A DNA stretch of 64,000 bases from Paraspadella gotoi. Taxonomy: Eukaryota; Animalia; Chaetognatha. Position numbers and translations under genes: made by a program. Location: NCBI GenBank assembly GCA_051294375.1, contig CM119267.1, forward strand, positions 23,584,257-23,648,256, read 5' to 3'. Positions 38,301 through 49,200 of the stretch are shown here, piece by piece; position 1 is the stretch's first letter; each line of letters begins with the position of its first letter. The notes under the pieces are model-generated. The model was not told the DNA's origin. It worked only from the letters and a program-made list of their open reading frames with translations, and made no database searches.

Positions 38301-40919
38301 GGGAAGGGCCAAGGGAGGGATGTGAACGTGAGGAGGATCGATTTGAAAATCAGGCACAGAGTGGATAGGGAAGATTAAGAAGCCAGCACGGAGAGAGGAG
38401 GACGAGGAGCGACGTAGATAACCTTGGAGAGAGATCTTTTTGAAGAGTAGAGGAGTCCAAGTGGTAGGAGTAATAGGCGGATACTGGAGAAATGATGAGC
38501 AGTATAGTCAGTCTCGGGAGTATTATATGAAATCCAGCAGTGTAGTAGGAGATTGGACCGGTATTCATGAGGAAGGATGCAGGGGTGCGTTATAATACCA
38601 TCTGGTAATGGTCCTATTAGTATATGGAAGATACGTGGACTCCCGTAATGAGTAATAGACAGAACGATAAGCGCGAGGAAAACAGCGAAGAAGAGAAAGC
38701 CCCATACAATTGCTAAAATCTGGGTTACCTGGTGGACGGTACCTTGGTCAGCCAGTGTGTAGGAGAAGGCGACGGTATATTTTCTTCGTTACCTGGAGTC
38801 CTGAAAAACCAGGCCAGTGTGTAGGGATGTAAGGCGTGACGGCAGTGATAGGGTAAGCACGTGGTGCGCTAACTCCCTGGATCTTGAAATCTAGGCAGTT
38901 GCGTGTAGTAAGATAGGCGGACGGAGGAAGTGTAGCCCAGTGTGCGACCCTGTGATCTCAATAATCATTGCTCTCTCTTGTGTGTATCGGATAGTATTTA
39001 GCGCTCCGTGATCCGCTAATATGCCTTAATATCGTTCGTTTCATGTGTCACTTGTGGCGCTTATATTCTCTTCTTCTGGATTGTCGTCCTATCTTGTAAT
39101 TTTCAATACATTCCATGGAGTGTCGTCAGCGATATTTAGACTAGTTGCCTGAATCCCGTGACGAACAAGACCCGCAAGAGATGGTCGCAAGCCCTGAGGT
39201 CTCTTCTCTACAAGAAAAACAGGCCCGGTGTATGGAGAATGAATCTGTCGGAACGTGAGGAAAGTCACGAAGCAGGCGATCTGTCAGCGCCCTTTGTTGT
39301 TAAATCGGGCTCCCATAAGATAGAGTTAACTTGTTCAGCTACTATATAAATCAGGTATCGGATTTTGCAGGTAGCAGGGCCGGTATAAAACGATGAGGAG
39401 TATGCTCCTTCGTGTCATGTAATTCAAACAAGAGGTAAGATGATAGTAAGGAAGACTAAGGGTGCATCGCGCGGGAAGCGAAGGCAGATGACGTAAAGCC
39501 ATAGAGGAGATTCTCTGCTTAAAAGGAAATACAAACAGAAGCTAAGGTAGAGAATAGCCGACGGAATGCGAGCCTTAGTGGCCGGCGCGTAAAGAAACCA
39601 CTGGAAGCTCTTTTGTGACTGAGAAGATATCCGTCAAGTGAATGGGAGCGATAGAAGAATACAGAACACCCAGACGAGGTGAAACAAAGGCCCGCACGGA
39701 CAGTGAGATAAAGAATCTCTTGATCGTGCCCTTTTTGCTAAATAATCTCAATGCTTTTGCGTTTGTGATAAGGTTGTTTGAAGCTAGCACCTGGGATCTC
39801 GAAGAGTTAGGACAAGGACTATTTAAAGCGTATAACCTGGTGTTTGGTAAAACTCACGAACAAAGAGTGGATATAGGTCATTCAAGTAGCCAATGGACCG
39901 AGTGGCGAATACGAGGTTAGTTGCTTAATAATTCGTGTAGAGCCGCCTCATACCCTTCGGACTCTCCTCTCTATTGTATAAAATAACTTCCAAGAGGGTC
40001 CTAGGTAGCTTATTGTTACGTTTCGCGGACGGCTAGGATTAATGGCAGCAGGGCGTTAATACCTGGAAGTTCAGTCTTCTCTCTTGAAGAATAGGCCTCC
40101 AGTGTGGTAAGGTGATAGAACTAGTAAATCAGGACGCGAAAGAGTAAGGTGTACCGCAGGGCGTATCATTATAAATCCTGGTGAGGGAAGGTTCTTTATT
40201 TTATTTTAAGTAAAGAAATTAATAGTATTCTACAGTGTCAAATACGTGTAAAGAGTGAGTGTTTTAGTGCTGCGGAACGGAAGGATAGGAGTCATCATAG
40301 CCAGGATCTCACACAGAGTCTCGAAAACATATAGGAAAGAGTAGAATCTCATTATTTACTATTAATAAAAGGATCAAGTGGCGCCCAAAGGTGTTAGAGG
40401 TAGATTTATGTGTAACCCCCGCGAGGCTGTATTCGAAAGGACAGCAGCTTGCTAATGTATTTTGAGAGTTGGTTAAACCTGAGAAGTAGGATTATAATAA
40501 TAATTTTTTTTGTCTGTGTTTCCCCTTAATCAGATGTTTTATTCACTCGCTTATTTGGTAAAAAAAAATCAAGAGAAACAAGGTGGTTCAGAGAAAATGT
40601 AGGATAAAGGCGCGGCACGTGTGGTATCTATGGACGCTCAGCGGACTCTCTTCACACCGCCTCGGTAGGGAGCATATAGACTTGTTTTGAAATCAGCAGT
40701 GGGTGTATTTAGAGATCCGTACGTCGGGATAACGGAGGAAGGAAAGGCAGTCCGAGTTCTACGACTCCTGGATTCTGAGAATTAATACTGCTCTCTCCGA
40801 CACAACACTACCTCAGGCCTCATTGTGTCGCGATAGGATCAGTCGCCCGAGCACTAAGAGAGCACGAGTATAGAGGAGAGGAGTGTACGAAACACAATGG
40901 GAAGAGGGGTACTGATGTT

Positions 40920-41310
40920 TGAGAAAAACAGGCAGTGATGAGAGGAGATAGGCGGACGGAAGGAAGGAGCAGGGCTTAACTGGAGGTCTTTTTGAAAAAA
41001 TCAGCAGTGTGTAGGGAATAGGCGGACGGAGGAAGGAGCAGGGGCGTTAAACGTAGGGAAGGTCTTTTTGAAAATCAGCAGTGGTAGGAGATGAAGGCGA
41101 CGGAGGAAGGGAGCAGGGCGTGAATTAACCTGGAAGGTCTTTTTTGGAAAATCAGGCAAGTGTGTAGGAGATAGGCGGACGGAGGAAAGTAGAGCAGGGC
41201 GTTAAAAACCTGGAGGTCTCTTTATTGAAATCAGGCGCAAGTGTGTGGAGATAGGCGGACGGAGAGGAAGGGACAGCAGAACCTGGAGAGTCTTGTTTGA
41301 AAAATCAGGG
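40920..41310. repeat. ~69-bp minisatellite, about 5-6 recognisable copies, with degraded copies back to 35625
   Basis: By-eye consensus aatcagcagtgtgtaggagataggcggacggaggaaggagcagggcgttaacctggaggtctttttgaa. Confidence 0.85.
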
Positions 41311-41409
41311 GGATTGGGTATGAGAGGGGATTCGAAAGGGAAAAGAAAAGAAATAGAAAAAAGAAATAGAGGAAAAGAGGATTTAAAGAAAAATATAAGG
41401 GAAGTAGAA

Positions 41410-41545
41410 AAAATTGAAAATTAAAAATTGAAAATTAAAAATTAAAATTTAAAAATTAAAAATTAATTAAAAATTAATTAAAAATTAAAAATTAAAAATT
41501 AAAAATTAAAAATTAAAAATTAAAAATTAAAATTGACAATTGAAA
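41410..41545. repeat. (AAAATT)n tandem repeat
   Basis: Directly visible. Confidence 0.9.
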
Positions 41546-42549
41546 ATAAATAAAATAATAAATGTAAAAGAAAAAAGAATTAAGAACAAAGAAAAAACCG
41601 AGAAAACGGAAACTGGGAGAAACAGATTGTTCGAAACCTTTGACTGAGAAAGCAGGAAACAATGCAGTGGAATTGTTTAACTAATTAATTAATTCGTTAC
41701 TTTTTGGTTCGACGAGCTGTTCGTGTNNNNNNNNNNNNNNNNNNNNNNNNNNNNNNNNNNNNNNNNNNNNNNNNNNNNNNNNNNNNNNNNNNNNNNNNNN
41801 NNNNNNNNNNNNNNNNNNNNNNNNNNNNNNNNNNNNNNNNNNNNNNNNNNNNNNNNNNNNNNNNNNNNNNNNNNNNNNNNNNNNNNNNNNNNNNNNNNNN
41901 NNNNNNNNNGTCTTCATTTTGCTTCTTAATTCTATTCCCGGTTTTTTGACCCGAAAAAAGTCTCGAGTTTCTTTTCATTCAAAACAAAGAAAAAGTTTGA
42001 AGAATCTCGGATTACACGAGGGTAGCAGCGAAGTTACAGTGCGGGCCAAAGTTACGACAAAGCGCAATCGCAATTATTAATGAATACTTTTTTTTAATAC
42101 TCATCCAAGAAGACTGGTTTAAAATTAAGTAGATTAATAGCGATAATTATTGTCTGTTAATTTTCTGTTTATTTTTTTCTTTTTCATTGTCTTTATTTTT
42201 TTTCTTTCTTTTCTTTTCTTTTTTTATTCCTTCCTCTCCTTTTTATTCCTTACGTTCCTTTTTATTCCTTCCTTTCCTTTTTTATTCCTTCCTTTCCTTT
42301 TTTATTCCTTCCTTTCCTTTTTATTCCTTCCTTTCCTTTTTTATTCCTTCCTTCCCTTTTTTTAATCCATACTTTCCTTTTTTATTTCTTCCTTTCCTTT
42401 TCTATTCCTTCTTTCCTTTTCTATTCCTTCCTTTCCTTTTTATTTCTTCCTTTCCTCCCTTCCTCCCTTCCCTTCGCTTCGCCGATCAAAGGGAAGAAAT
42501 CCAACTCGACTTTCGGTCGAAGCTTCGCAGGTCAAAGAAGCGAAGAGAT

Positions 42550-42631
<82 letters not shown>

Positions 42632-42705
42632 TGAGAAGAGCCAAAAACAACTACAGAAACACAAAATACAATTGCTAAAATCTGACGAGTGACGAGGTTT
42701 GCTGA

Positions 42706-42796
<91 letters not shown>

Positions 42797-45547
42797 TTTC
42801 TTTATTTCTTTTTTTCTCTTTCCACTTTTACTTTCTATCTCCACCCAATGACGCTCTTCACAACCTTTATAATCTTTGAATCACTTTTCACGCCTTTGTT
42901 AGTAAAAAGTCTTTTCACTCTTAAATCATTCTTTTCTAGATACGAAGATTCTTCGTCATTTCAAAAGTAAAACTTTCTCCCGCAGATGAAAGAAGATTCT
43001 CCTTAGGAACAAAGTAAGCGAACTTTCCCAAGAACAAACTTTGACTGAGATCTAAGACTAAGAACAAACACCAAGTAACAAACCCCAAGTAAAAAGATCT
43101 TTTTTTCTCCCTTTTTTCTTCTATCTTTTCTTTATTGTTTCCTTCTCAATTACAGACTATTTAAAAAACTGTTTAAACTCCAGAAAAAGTAATATTCATA
43201 AATGGAGTCGTAACGTTTTGCTTAAAATCTTTAGAGCCCTCTCTCTCTCTCTCATATCTATTACTTTTTCGTTCCTGATTTCATGGTCACAGTGTAATGT
43301 AACGTAAATAGGCAAATATACCGAGGTACATAATCTGACTCTATTCAAATAAGATATGTACAAGTTAAACAATGTTTATCTAATATCATATCAATTAAAC
43401 GAAAAGTAAATAAAACATTATAAGGATCCAATTTGGTAAATTTTAAACCTCGGCTTTTCGACAGCCTTGTAATGTATTTTAAGTTTGAAAGAATATATAA
43501 TAATAATTTTTTGTTGTCTGTTTTTAAAATTTTATTAACTCGTTGATTTAAAATTCAAAGCGGTTGTTCTTCTCACATTTCCCGCCGTGGACAAGATTGA
43601 TTACCTACTCATACGGAAAGAATCCATTCTCGCTTGGATTCTAATTAAACGCCCCCCCACTCCCTCTCCNNNNNNNNNNNNNNNNNNNNNNNNNNNNNNN
43701 NNNNNNNNNNNNNNNNNNNNNNNNNNNNNNNNNNNNNNNNNNNNNNNNNNNNNNNNNNNNNNNNNNNNNNNNNNNNNNNNNNNNNNNNNNNNNNNNNNNN
43801 NNNNNNNNNNNNNNNNNNNNNNNNNNNNNNNNNNNNNNNNNNNNNNNAGAGAGAGAGAGAGAGATAGAGTCAATATGATCCCTCTTCCTTCCCTAACGCC
43901 CCGAAGCCAAAGTTAGATGGAGAGAGACAGCGAGAGAGTGAGAGGGGGAGAGAGAGATAGAGAGAGAGTGGATATGATCCCAGCCACACCCTCCATGCGA
44001 GAATTAAATTAACGACTTCCCATTTTGAGAGAGAAAAATCTCTGAAAGAAAAAAAATATTCAGTGGCAACGGGGAAACCGGTGAATGGAACTAACATTAA
44101 TGGTTATTATTTAATTTTTATAAAATCATATATATTATATCATAGATATACTGTATTTAGATATTTTACCTTTCTGTATTTTCNNNNNNNNNNNNNNNNN
44201 NNNNNNNNNNNNNNNNNNNNNNNNNNNNNNNNNNNNNNNNNNNNNNNNNNNNNNNNNNNNNNNNNNNNNNNNNNNNNNNNNNNNNNNNNNNNNNNNNNNN
44301 NNNNNNNNNNNNNNNNNNNNNNNNNNNNNNNNNNNNNNNNNNNNNNNNNNNNNNNNNNNNNNNNNNNNNNNNNNNNNNNNNNNNNNNNNNNNNNNNNNNN
44401 NNNNNNNNNNNNNNNNNNNNNNNNNNNNNNNNNNNNNNNNNNNNNNNNNNNNNNNNNNNNNNNNNNNNNNNNNNNNNNNNNNNNNNNNNNNNNNNNNNNN
44501 NNNNNNNNNNNNNNNNNNNNNNNNNNNNNNNNNNNNNNNNNNNNNNNNNNNNNNNNNNNNNNNNNNNNNNNNNNNNNNNNNNNNNNNNNNNNNNNNNNNN
44601 NNNNNNNNNNNNNNNNNNNNNNNNNNNNNNNNNNNNNNNNNNNNNNNNNNNNNNNNNNNNNNNNNNNNNNNNNNNNNNNNNNNNNNNNNNNNNNNNNNNN
44701 NNNNNNNNNNNNNNNNNNNNNNNNNNNNNNNNNNNNNNNNNNNNNNNNNNNNNNNNNNNNNNNNNNNNNNNNNNNNNNNNNNNNNNNNNNNNNNNNNNNN
44801 NNNNNNNNNNNNNNNNNNNNNNNNNNNNNNNNNNNNNNNNNNNNNNNNNNNNNNNNNNNNNNNNNNNNNNNNNNNNNNNNNNNNNNNNNNNNNNNNNNNN
44901 NNNNNNNNNNNNNNNNNNNNNNNNNNNNNNNNACCGTGGGGGGCGAAGAGGAAGGAGGGGGATCGAGAGAAATAATGAAGGGCTGAAGGATTTAAATTGA
45001 TTTATAAAAAGAAAAAGAAGGAGGATAGATTTTTTGAATGATTTATTGGTCGGGGTTGGCGATATTATTAGAGTCACAGTAGTGAGAAATTTGTATTGTT
45101 ATATTTGTGGAAGTAATTAATAATTCGTAATGCAATATGTAATTTTCATTGTAAGTTACTCAACTTTATCGAAAGACAAATTAAATCCATTATTGAACAA
45201 TATTGAACATTATCGAATCCAGATTAGATTTCATTTTCCCTTATTTTGGTTTTTAATGTTTTATTTTTCCGTTTGTCTTTTGTTTTGGTTTTCCCAGTTT
45301 TTTTTTTTTTTATCTAATTTGCGCCGAAGTTAAAAACGCATCGAACTTTTTTTAATAGTGAAAAAGAAAAAGAAAACTTTTTGTACGTAAACTGTTTAAA
45401 TTTGATTATATATTCTTTTGTTTTGTTTTTTTTAATAAATGTCTTTTTAAATTTCCGGCGTGACCTTTACAACTTTAGGATTTAATTGGTAGAGAAAGGG
45501 AAAAACTGGTCGGAGTAAATAAATTATTGAATTAATGAGTCACGAAG

Positions 45548-45619
<72 letters not shown>

Positions 45620-46153
45620 CTGTCGTGAATCTGAGATGTAAGTGTGACTCGTCGAAAAACATCCTTTCACTCCCTTTCAGTTTTAGGACAAAAAAAAAAT
45701 GTGAAACAGTTTTCATCGTATTTTAAACTGCGAAGTTGTATTGAAATGTATTGAAATGTGAACAAAAATATGAAACAAGAAAAACGATAAAAAGTTTTTG
45801 TGAGTGAAATCGATTTTATTTCTAAGAAATTCTTTTTATTTTATTATTCTCTAAAAAAATTTTATCAGTCTTTTTTTTTTTGTTCTTTTGTTCTCTGAGT
45901 AGAATTTAAAAAGAAGAAAAAAAAACAATTTTTATTCTTTGCCTTTTTCATCGTGTATCGAAACTCATGATTCTCATAGGAAGACTAAAAAAAAATCATA
46001 AGTAAATAAGAAAAAAGGATAAAAAAAAGTAAATAAAAAAACCACACTCAAACTCCAGATTCAGCATTCGAAACTTTCGAACGAACTTTTTTAAAAAAAT
46101 ATTTCTCAGTAACTGAAACCGAAACCAAAAAAAAAAAAAAAAAACGGACGAAA

Positions 46154-46246
46154 ATGTTTCATTTAAAACTTTTGTTATTATTTTTGTTTTTGTTTACGTT
46201 TAATTTCGTTGTCGAATCAGTCATCGTTCATCGACTGCAGTGCGAG
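46154..46246 (+). CDS. exon 1 (signal peptide)
   Basis: aaaATG start; MFHLKLLLLFLFLFTFNFVVESVIVHRLQCE; ends at GAG|GTAAGT, phase 0. Confidence 0.7.
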
Positions 46247-49200
46247 GTAAGTCTTGGTCAGTAAAAGGGTTTTTTTTTCATTCAAATTTACGTAAAAAAA
46301 TCTTAAAAAAAATCATTATCATATCTATAAAACTCTAAAACTATGAATAGAATCATCCGCAAATTTGTGTAAAACTCTTAAAAATTACGATGTACTCGAA
46401 CCATGTCGAAACTTTGTAAAACATTTAAATTTAAATATCATTTTTTTGGGTTTATTATTGTTTACAACTACGACGTTTTTATTAAATTTTAAGAAAGAAT
46501 TAAAACAACATCTTCTTTTAACCCTTTTTTAAAACTGTTTTAGCCTTATTTTAAAATAGTATCAAAAGTTTATTTCATTATTATTCAAATTAAAAATAAA
46601 GTATCAAAAAACCTATTAATCCTTTTTTCGCTTCATCTCTCGACCCGCTCCTTTAACGTCCACCATCTGGAACGACCCTCACTCCTACCAACTCCATCTC
46701 CACCATCCCCAGCCGGGCGTCGACCATGACTACACCTTCTCCTCAATCCTCAGCCTTTGGGGTGACTCCACTCCCGCCGCCCAACTCTTCGTCATCTCCG
46801 CCGGCCTCGAGGTTAGCTTTTTGTTTACCTTTCCTTTTAAAATTTATATTTGGTTTTCCTTTTATTTACTTTATTATTGTTTACTATTTCCGTCGTTAAG
46901 ACTTGAGGACAGTTAAGGCTAAGTTTAATTTTAGCTTTATTGTAACATCGCAAGAGTATCAAGTCACCAAAAGCAAATCTGTTAATCGTTATGGTTGTGG
47001 TTATGTGGTTATGACTCTTTTTTCAGTTTTTACATTTTTCGAAAAGTTGATCTATATTTTATCTATATTTTATTTTATCTATATTTTATTTTCCCTAGTT
47101 TTTAAAATTCTTTAAACGTAATCTTTTCACCACTGATATTGTCATAAAAATATACTATGAAATATCTGGCAAAATTTTTATTGCTTCTCGCACAGTCGTC
47201 TCATAATTAAAAACTAATTCATATCCTAGTTTTCTTTCCAAATTTACCAAAAGACTCTCCAACATTTCCCCTCTACGCTCCCCCATCCCACTAACCGACT
47301 CTTCCTCACCCTCTTTTCCAGGTCAAATGCCTTGGCGCCTGCCCCGACTCCGTCTGCTCGCCCGACTCTCTTCGCAACGGCTCGTCCACTTCTCCGAATC
47401 TCTTCCACGCGCAAGAAATCGATCCTCGCGTCGAGATGTCTCAACCCCCTCTCCTCCTCCTCCTCTCTCCTCCTCCTCTTCCTCCCCCGACCCACGCCTC
47501 CTTCTCCCCTTCCGCTTTGCCCAACAAACCGGATGGGGGGTGGCCAATGTCTTCTTCGTTCGAGGCGACGACGAGGAAGAGATTTGAATTTGAAAGAGAC
47601 GATGATCGGAGCATTCAGACTAATTTGGACGACGAGGAGTTGAGAGCCAGGTGGTGTTTTGTGTTTGCTGCGAAGGTTAATGTTGTTGCTAGTGAAGTGA
47701 GGAATTGTAAGAAGTTCACCCCTAGGCAACGCGGGGGACATGTGTGATGCCTGGGGTGTGAGGCATACCCCGAGTGCTGGCGCTCAGGGCTTTGGACCTG
47801 CAGTGTTTATGCCGACACCATCACACTTTAACCAAGTGACCGTGAGGGGATTGTTCCCGGAACTCACGGTTGGTGAACGAGTACTGAGGTACTGAGCTGT
47901 CCAAGCCAATGGGACGAGCTAAGTTTCACCAAACTACGGGAGGCGAATTTAGCATGACACCTTCAGTCGTGACCAGGTGGCTCATTGAGTAATACAATCA
48001 ACTCTTAACAATTAGGTACCGGATTCGATCCCCAATGGTACCTACCCCGCGGAACGCCTGAGGACGGCCGTAAACTCCCTCGGGGTCGTGGAAAACCCTC
48101 TAGCCTTGGTTTGAAGCCCAAGACAAATTCCATGGCTTCGAGAAGGGGTTAAAAACTATTGCTGCCACTGTAACTTATACTACAGCTATTACTGATTCAT
48201 CTGCTATTACTACATTTCCATTACCGCTGTTTTTCTTGAAAACGACCCCATCTGGTTTTCCAGACGCCACGACGTCATCGGCGCTCATCGCGGTCACTTT
48301 CGCCATCTTCCGGTCGCCAACGACGTCGACCCCTCCTCTTCCTCTCTCGTCTCCTCCTCTCCCTCTTCCTCTTCCTCCGTCCGCGTCCACAAGACCTTCA
48401 CGGAGACCGACTTCGACGATCCCCTCGATCGGGTCCGCTTCAAGTCCAGCGACGACGCGGAGCAGCCGCTGCCGCGGAGACAACGACGCGGGGCTGCGGA
48501 CGAGGTATGTCAACGGTTCGGGGCGATTGGTTAAAATGACAATTGCATTAAATGGACAAAGGGGAATATTTTTTTTAAAGCGCCATCTAGGAAATAATGA
48601 CTTAACTTCGATTACAAGGGAACCCTTGTTTAGAAAGGAATTAAGGATGTTCTCTTTGATCAAATCGACATAATTTGAATTGGCGTCAAATATTAGTCAC
48701 AGCGCCTTTAGGCAAGGAGGTTAATAAATTAATTATGTTTATGTCAATTGTCTAATGTCTACAAATCAAATTATTCATTAACCTCTATGTCTAAGGCTCT
48801 GAATCAAATAATTAATTGATTATTTAATTCTATTTAAGTTTTATTATCCTACGGTTCGATCCGTATTGGATTTTATAATTTGATAGAATTATTTGGTATA
48901 ATAAAACAGCCGAACTGATATAGATTTGCTAATCTCTCCGCACTCTCCAGGATTCCCCTTCTCTCCGCAGCGGGCCGATCCGCCTTCGAGGCGTCGACTC
49001 CAAGACTTTCGTCGACGGAACCTTGAAGGCGGCGGAAGGGAAGGTGGAGTTCTTCTTCGATGGAGGAGGAGCAGGAGCAGGAAGGTGGAATAGGAGCAAG
49101 AGGAGTCAAGACGAGAATGAAGGCGACGTTTTGGAGAAACATCTCAAGGCGACCATGAGGTAAAAGTTAAATGTGCGACGCAAATTCGCTTTAATTTTGC

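Larger units (their letters stand above)
35625..45550. other. Mirror block C
   Basis: Complement of 41.3-45.5 kb gives typical words (aaaacgaagaatt, catcgtcgcttc, tttcattcgcttgaaa, catgcatttgacaaattt) and donor-like aa|gtaagt (41976) and ag|gtaaga (~43625); starts at a 25-N gap; normal composition resumes after the (GA)n at 45550-45617. Confidence 0.55.

Noticed and set aside
35625-41310. CRISPR-like array or prophage/horizontal-transfer island
   Set aside because: Repeats are head-to-tail without unique constant-length spacers, there are no cas-like or other long ORFs, and the context is eukaryotic; a minisatellite plus garbled consensus explains it.
13357-45077. ORFs of 80-300 aa containing long X runs
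   Set aside because: They are open only because they cross N gaps.
47970-48040. Functional tRNA gene
   Set aside because: A- and B-box-like motifs are present but there is no convincing cloverleaf or anticodon arm; treated as a tRNA-derived relic. The similar fragments at ~29690-29730 and ~30290-30345 were rejected for the same reason.
48056-48100. Hammerhead ribozyme (CTGAGGA...GAAA)
   Set aside because: The stem II candidate is separated from GAAA by extra bases and I could not form stems I and III with an NUH site.
47715-48152. piggyBac-type MITE (ttca-cccct...agggg-ttaa) or RNase P/MRP RNA
   Set aside because: The terminal match is only about 5 bp with an imperfect TTAA, and the P4 consensus of RNase P/MRP is not properly matched.
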